DNA from: Sphaeroforma arctica JP610
Lineage: Eukaryota
Direction of reading: 5' to 3'
Length of the DNA stretch: 32,908 bases
NCBI RefSeq assembly: GCF_001186125.1
Contig: NW_014040555.1
Span: 133,534 to 166,441 of the forward strand
Below are positions 27,101 through 32,908 of this stretch, piece after piece. The position numbers and the translations under genes are program-made. Below the pieces are notes generated by a model. The model had not been told where the DNA came from, made no database searches, and was given only the letters and a program-made list of their open reading frames with translations. The first letter of the stretch is position 1; the number at the start of each line of letters is the position of its first letter.

Positions 27101-27775
27101 AATGCATAGTAGTGATCCCAAAAAAATATACCGACAATAGTAGTAAAATACTGTGAACAAGACAGGAAGTTATGAAATGTTCTACAGCCCTTGCTTTATT
27201 GAGCCAATGAAGTATCATATAAATGCGCGAAATACTGAGTACCTCATCTAAGCTTAGATGAGATATGGACAACTTTATCATCATCAACATATACAGATCC
27301 AGATACACAAAGGCACGACATACTCCTGAGATTTCTCATTTTTTAGGCCAGCATCGAGAGTCAGTCCGATGGGCACCTTACTTTCACCCCATCGAGCTGT
27401 GAAGAAGCGCAAAACACGGTTGCCCTTCTTCTTGTGCTTCTTGGATATCGATACAACACTTTCCACATTCTACATCGTATATACAACCAAAAGATGAATG
27501 CGTCGAAGTTGGAAATCTCAGCAACGTCCACTACGACACGTTTGTGTCCCGTCGGCAAGAAATATAGCGCTTCTGACAAAAAGGAACATGGCCACCTTAA
27601 TTCCTGAAAACAATTTAATTCCGCAGGTAGAAGATGCACCTACTTATGATGTATACCATAGTCTCGAAAATTTACACACCTTCAGGACGTTATTTTGGGT
27701 GATTCCGCCCGTTGGTCCTTCATTCAAAATGTCTGAGACTACTTCAGTCTTTGCTTTGTTGCCAGTGGCCGGCAT
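24191..27775 (-). CDS. RGS-LOV photoreceptor, copy B (~436 aa). Exons 27775-27680, 27469-27324, 26819-26669, 26480-26362, 25986-25732, 25427-25210, 24782-24571, 24304-24191
   Basis: All junctions are GT-AG and the total is 1311 nt including the stop. RGS segments: LTRILRDPDGLAAFRAFIESEYTSENLLFWLEIESLK, SINISD, TVQNSVLSLMAMDCLPRFL. LOV segments: EFTRVTGYSHEETVGRNCRFLQGPYT...NYCKDGEMFKNLLTLHPV...FIVGVQYD. Ends ...ILDFISERMEV*. Exons 3-8 have the same lengths as in copy A (151, 119, 255, 218, 212, 114 nt). Confidence 0.92.
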
Positions 27776-27855
27776 TGTATATTTATACAGCTTTTCGAAA
27801 GCCCGCCGTACCTTAAGTGGGGGATAAATGCACTGGGATTTTATTTATGATCTAC

Positions 27856-27962
27856 CTGCCTTCATTATAAATATGCTGCTGTCACTCTGCCTTCATTAAT
27901 CATTATGTGCTGCCTGCATTAATCAATATGTGCTGTCTTCATTAATCATTATGTGTTGCTGC
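27856..27962. repeat. Imperfect ~22-bp tandem repeat (tgccttcattaatcattatgtgc) just upstream of RGS-LOV copy B
   Basis: About 4 degenerate units lying 80-190 bp upstream of the ATG at 27775. Confidence 0.7.
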
Positions 27963-30780
27963 CACTGTGCCAGCCTAAAAAAAAATTGCCGTTGCAAGTG
28001 TATCGATTTTTTTTATTGATGTTTTTTTTTAAATGTATGTTTATCAGAAGATACATATCAGATAAGGAACTGATCAACACAGTGACCCCAAACATTAGAG
28101 TGAGAGTACTGATGTGATTGATAATAATCAACGAAAGCGCCGCGGTGCAGCACCTAAGATGTAAGAGATATTTGTTAATGGAATGAAAGAACTAGCACAA
28201 GTATAGAAAGGGCAAGGTAGTAGTACGTAGAAACGAAAGCAGGTATATAAAAATACACATGCGGTAGGGTCACTTACAGTCGAACACAACGTTGACCTAT
28301 CAACCAATGAAAATTCACTATACTAGTCTTCTGATTAAAATAGCCACAATTTTCACTGTAAGTCGTTATAATAAATACTGACGTCTGCGTCTGGCTGCTG
28401 ACATTATAATATTTCATTCGCCCTAGTCTGTACCTTTCTGGGTGAAAACTGTCCTAGAAAGTAACAGTGGTTGACATTGAAAGAATACCAAGTTTTGCAT
28501 ACATTTTCACATGGTTACTTATGGCATAACAAACTACCAACAATACGGATACGTGTTCATGTCCTTGGAGGCAAGTATATTAGATCTGTGCACAGTAGTA
28601 GCTATATGGTATATATTGTCATGTGGCTATGAGCCTGCTATTCAGTTGTGAGATAGAGCACGCTATGGGCACAAGATGTGAGAGATTGCACATGGGCATA
28701 CAGCACGGCGTGACAGCCTGGCATGATTGCGGCGGATATACAGGTTGTAGATGGCGTTGGAACAAAGCTATGTGCATAATGGGCGACATCTACGGTCTAT
28801 TAGATATACGAACTATTTGCTATGTTTTTATGTGCTTGGTAGTTTAGACATTGTGTATGACAATAATGTTCAAACACAGGAGGTAAATCAAACTTTGGGT
28901 ACAAAAGGAACTGTCAGAAGACAGAACTACCCAGTTTGTTTGATGTTTATGTGGGAAAATGTGAGTTACTAGCGAATTTGAATTGATTCCTCATGTCAAT
29001 ATATGCAGAATGAAACCGAACATAGATTACTGGCAACGAGACACGCTGTTGCAATGATCTAGTTGCTACCCTGTATCCAGATCTCATTTGAAATGTGAGA
29101 ACTATTTTGCATCGTAAATGCAGCGATATCTACAGCTTTTGTGTCCCACGGGATGGACTATTTCCTACGTTTGGTCCCATAGAAGCTTGCAGGACAACCA
29201 GGATGTTGCTGGTTATTTCAGCCTATGTATATCACAGTTGCATTGGGTGAACCAATCGCTGAGGAACATACATTGAAGGTAATATACTTAAAGAAATTAA
29301 AAATGAATAAACCCCTTCAAGACCATACTGCCCACCGCATAGAATACCTGGCTAAATGGTGGGGGCACAACTGGGAGAAGAATTGAATTGTTGAAAGTCT
29401 ACGGATGTCACACCGAATAATGCTGAAGCAGGGATGGATTATGTGCTCTCCTAACACTTTACGACCGCTACAAAATCGTTGATGATGATCAAATATTGAA
29501 AGAAGGACGCTTATGTGGCATTGTTGTAAACTTCTAGACGCTATCGAAAAACTGAGCATAGGTATACTGTTATTTATTTTAAAGGATATAAGTTTACAAC
29601 ATTGTATGTACATATGGTATGGCTCTCATAGCCGTTGTAGTGGTTCGGAAAAGATTGATTTGAAGAAGTGGTCAGTAAATTCCCGAATGAAGCTTGGGTC
29701 AAGTAAGTCGATGATAGAGGGTATGCGTTGGGTCAATTCAGGACGGTGCTGACAAAACAACTGACACCATCGAGTGTGCCACGTATTCAGCTTGCTGGCC
29801 TACTAAGTAGCGTACCCACATTTGTGGTACGGATCGGGTCTGCCTTGTGTAGTGCCTTGGAATGGGTTAGTGCAGAGTACAAAACATCAAGTAGGTCCAG
29901 GTTATCCGACATGATTCGGTTGGGGAGAGAGTTTGGGGGTAAAAAATAAACGTACTCTTAATAGTACGAGGAACTTAAATTTCCTAAATGGTTTTCAGCG
30001 TTTTTATTAATTAATACCTTTTCCACTTTACATATCATATATTTGGGCAAGGCCATTAAAAGACCACAGTAAAATATCAAACATAAGATTTGGTCTAGCT
30101 CTATTAACAGAACTATATTTACTTTCCAAATCTATTTATATCTGAATACTTCGGTAGCGAGATGGCTCAGCCGAATATGGGTTTCTAGGGACTTTTAGCG
30201 CTACCTAGTTTAACCTCCGATCAGCCAACCAGATGTGCCAGTCTGATGAAGGCTAAGTCGGTAATTCTTGGTAAGTATAAAGTTATTGGTTAAGATAATA
30301 ACAAAAGAGATCAAGAGTATTTTCTTTTTCTTTTTACTATTTTTTTCTAAAGATAGGATTTTATGAGTCTCTCGGATTCGCCCCAACGAAATATACAATA
30401 GTTTCTCATAGAGCGACAACGAAACACTAAATAAAATCCCTTCGGCGAAAACAGTACTGAGAGGATTATATATAGGCAATGTCTCAGCCTCACAATCCCT
30501 CAGAGTATTGCTGTACGAGGCATACCTAACTTTACTAAAAGTCTCATTTCGTTTATTTACTTTGAAATTTGCACGATACTTAGAATTTACCTACGCGATT
30601 ATTTATTCTAAGGCATTAATATCGCTTTGATAGACCAAATCTTACACATTTTAAAGTTAGCAAAGGTATTAACTACTTAGACTACTTGAACGTAAAGGTA
30701 GATAACTACCACAATATTTTTTTCTTTTCTTTGTCCAAGCTAGTCCTTAAGAGACGAGCCAGTAGTCATAAGTTAAGATT

Positions 30781-32908
30781 ATGACCAAGAAAGACAACAC
30801 TCCTTCTAAGAAGCGTAAAGCTGAAAAGAAGAAGATGGAGAGAGAAACCGGCAGATAAGGATATAGCCACTCCGCTTAAGGAGACTACTCCCACTGATAG
30901 AGCCCGAGGGCCAACTATTGCCTCAACTTCAAAGTTTGCATTTACGAAACCAAGAAGTGAGACAAGAGATACGTCTCAAGACGCCCCAACCCATTCTTCT
31001 GACGAAAATCAGAAAGGAAAGTCCCCAATTATGAGGGCGTCCCCAATTTTAGGGAACAAGGACAAAATTATGGAACCAGAAGAGGAGGCAAGCTCAAGTG
31101 GCAAACCCGAATCTACGTCCAAGCCTACTAAGCCAACGCGCATAAGTAAGTTAATTACTGAAAACGTCGATCTTAAGAATCAGATAGCCACTATATGAAA
31201 GACTTGACCGTCGAACATGCAGATCAATTACATATATCAGGAAAACATTCACAGCACTTACGCGAGCATGTTCCCCTGGGCATTACTGAAGCCCTACAGA
31301 AGTGGACAGAACGTCGACAGGCAAATACGCCCAAAGACTCAAGCTCTACGCCTGAGGTATATGATCCAGATGTGCTCAGCGTCTCTATACCTTACGCGGC
31401 ACTACCGCCAGAAGTTCAAGCTAATTACTCGCCTGTTCTGACACCCGGCCGTGAGTCACCCGTCCTCGAGGGTATTATAGACCCAGAGGCAGGTAGAAAT
31501 AATCCGCCATTTTTACCCAATTGGGATGATAACCGTCGGACACCAGTTAAGACTGGGTATGTTATCCAGACGCATAGATCTCCCAAGGTTATAATACCAA
31601 CCGCTATCCGTAGAACAGAGCACTGAAAGGCCTCTACCATGGATTTTACAAGGGGTAATAAACCCGCTATCCGTAGAACAGAGCACTGAAAGGCCTCTAC
31701 CATGGATTTTACAAGGGGTAATAAACACCCCCGCAGACGTGTTAACGAAGTCGAGTTTAATCGCTTCGATCGCACAGCATTACACCAGCCCGCAGAGGAT
31801 TTCCACTCTGACGAGGTGACCGACCTTAATAAATCGGTCGACAATTATACCATGAAAATGGAAATCGCCCATGATGCACATCATGCTGGTGATGTAGCAT
31901 ACTATACGAATATGATTGCAATTAAGCAAAAGCGCATATATCAGTTACTTCAGGCCCAACGTGGACGAGACCACAGGGACAACCAGAAGTACAAGGGACA
32001 GATCAGTCGACTTAAGTCGAACTGGGATGCCAACAGCAAGCAGGTCGAGTTTATAAACAACCATGACCTCGACACGCTCACCCATACGCTTAATGCGTTT
32101 ACGGTCATGCTGGAGACGAATGATATCGCTCCCCAGCAATGGATTTCTACCTTAATGCAGACGTTTGACCCTACAGGTACAAGTTATTTGATCCTGCAGC
32201 GACACCAGCATAAGCTAGACACTTGTCGTGACTGGCTAGCTGTGTGTTTGTTGGTTACATCCTTGTTAAGTAAGGGCATGCGTAGCCCAGGGCTGATTTC
32301 AATTTTAAATGAACCAGCTGAAAACACGCCCATTCAGAGTTATATTCTGAAGCTAGATGCTGACCTGAAACGTCCATATATAACAAAGGACAAGGCACAG
32401 CGATGGTACAAATTCCTGGTTATGCACCTGTTCTGTAAGAACGCAGGGAATAACGACCGTGAGAGCCTGTACACCGAGTTGCGACATAAACACGCGACTG
32501 AGGCTCGAGACAAGGGACATGAAACAAAGTTTCATCTATCTCGACTTACGTGGGAACAGTTTTATGATACTGTATTCACCCTTTTCCCCGCACATCGAGT
32601 AACATCGAATGGAAAAGCAGCTGTTAAGAAGCCGTAGGAGCACACCGATCACGGGTACGAATCCAGGCAGACCTCAAACGAGAGACCCCAACATACACGT
32701 GCTCGCGACTCCACTCTATCCACGCGACCCAATAAACGGGCACGCGCGGGAGCGAAGGACATGGAACCTCCATTTAAGGAGATTAAGAAATGTGCCGACG
32801 CACAGTGTGGGTATGACATGTACTAAATAACCCCTAACGGTTATTGGAATGGTAGACATGCATCCACCTGTACACACTTTCTTACTAAGTGTGACAAGTG
32901 TGAGAAGA
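30781..32908 (+). mobile_element. Decayed, intronless gag-like ORF of a probable retrotransposon, running off the window end
   Basis: One reading frame runs 31195-32908 with in-frame stops at 31624, 31687, 32635 and 32824. It extends 5' to the ATG at 30781 through two compensating frameshifts. Layout: basic/low-complexity N-terminus, helical core, R/P-rich linker, then Cys/His knuckle-like CADAQC...HASTC and CDKC at the window edge. No pol domain is visible, so the class is inferred. Confidence 0.5.
31602..31725 (+). repeat. 63-bp exact tandem duplication inside the gag-like ORF
   Basis: ccgctatccgtagaacagagcactgaaaggcctctaccatggattttacaaggggtaataaac occurs twice; each copy carries the in-frame TGA. 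Confidence 0.9.

Noticed and set aside
28600..29950. Possible decayed DNA-transposon (MULE/SWIM-like) coding remnants
   Set aside because: Only vague fragments (for example TPNNAEA, QLAGLL) broken by many stops, with no convincing catalytic motif or terminal repeats. A translated HMM search would be needed.

Overview
This is eukaryotic draft-genome sequence, with GT-AG introns, long (TA)n/(TG)n tracts, three N-gaps and a 454 paired-end linker remnant. The organism cannot be named from the sequence alone. Splicing by hand recovers genes that the ORF track shows only as fragments. In order: (1) a 5'-incomplete, 3-exon MAPR/cytochrome-b5-like heme/steroid-binding gene ending in KSEL; (2) an intronless PCIF1/CAPAM-like cap m6Am methyltransferase, head-to-head with (3) an EEF1AKMT4/METTL13-N-like methyltransferase; (4, 6) two paralogous 8-exon minus-strand genes (8925-12720 and 24191-27775), each encoding a ~440-aa protein of polybasic N-terminal segment + RGS (regulator of G-protein signalling) domain + LOV blue-light sensor (GRNCRFLQG) + short C-terminal helix; (5) between them, a 6-exon type II membrane protein with a very long Asp/Glu-rich luminal domain; (7) a decayed gag-like element at the right edge. 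The main candidate system is the RGS-LOV pair. Its RGS domains keep the main Galpha-contact/GAP residues and there is no other effector domain, which suggests direct, receptor-independent light control of heterotrimeric G-protein shut-off. That function is an inference and has not been tested.
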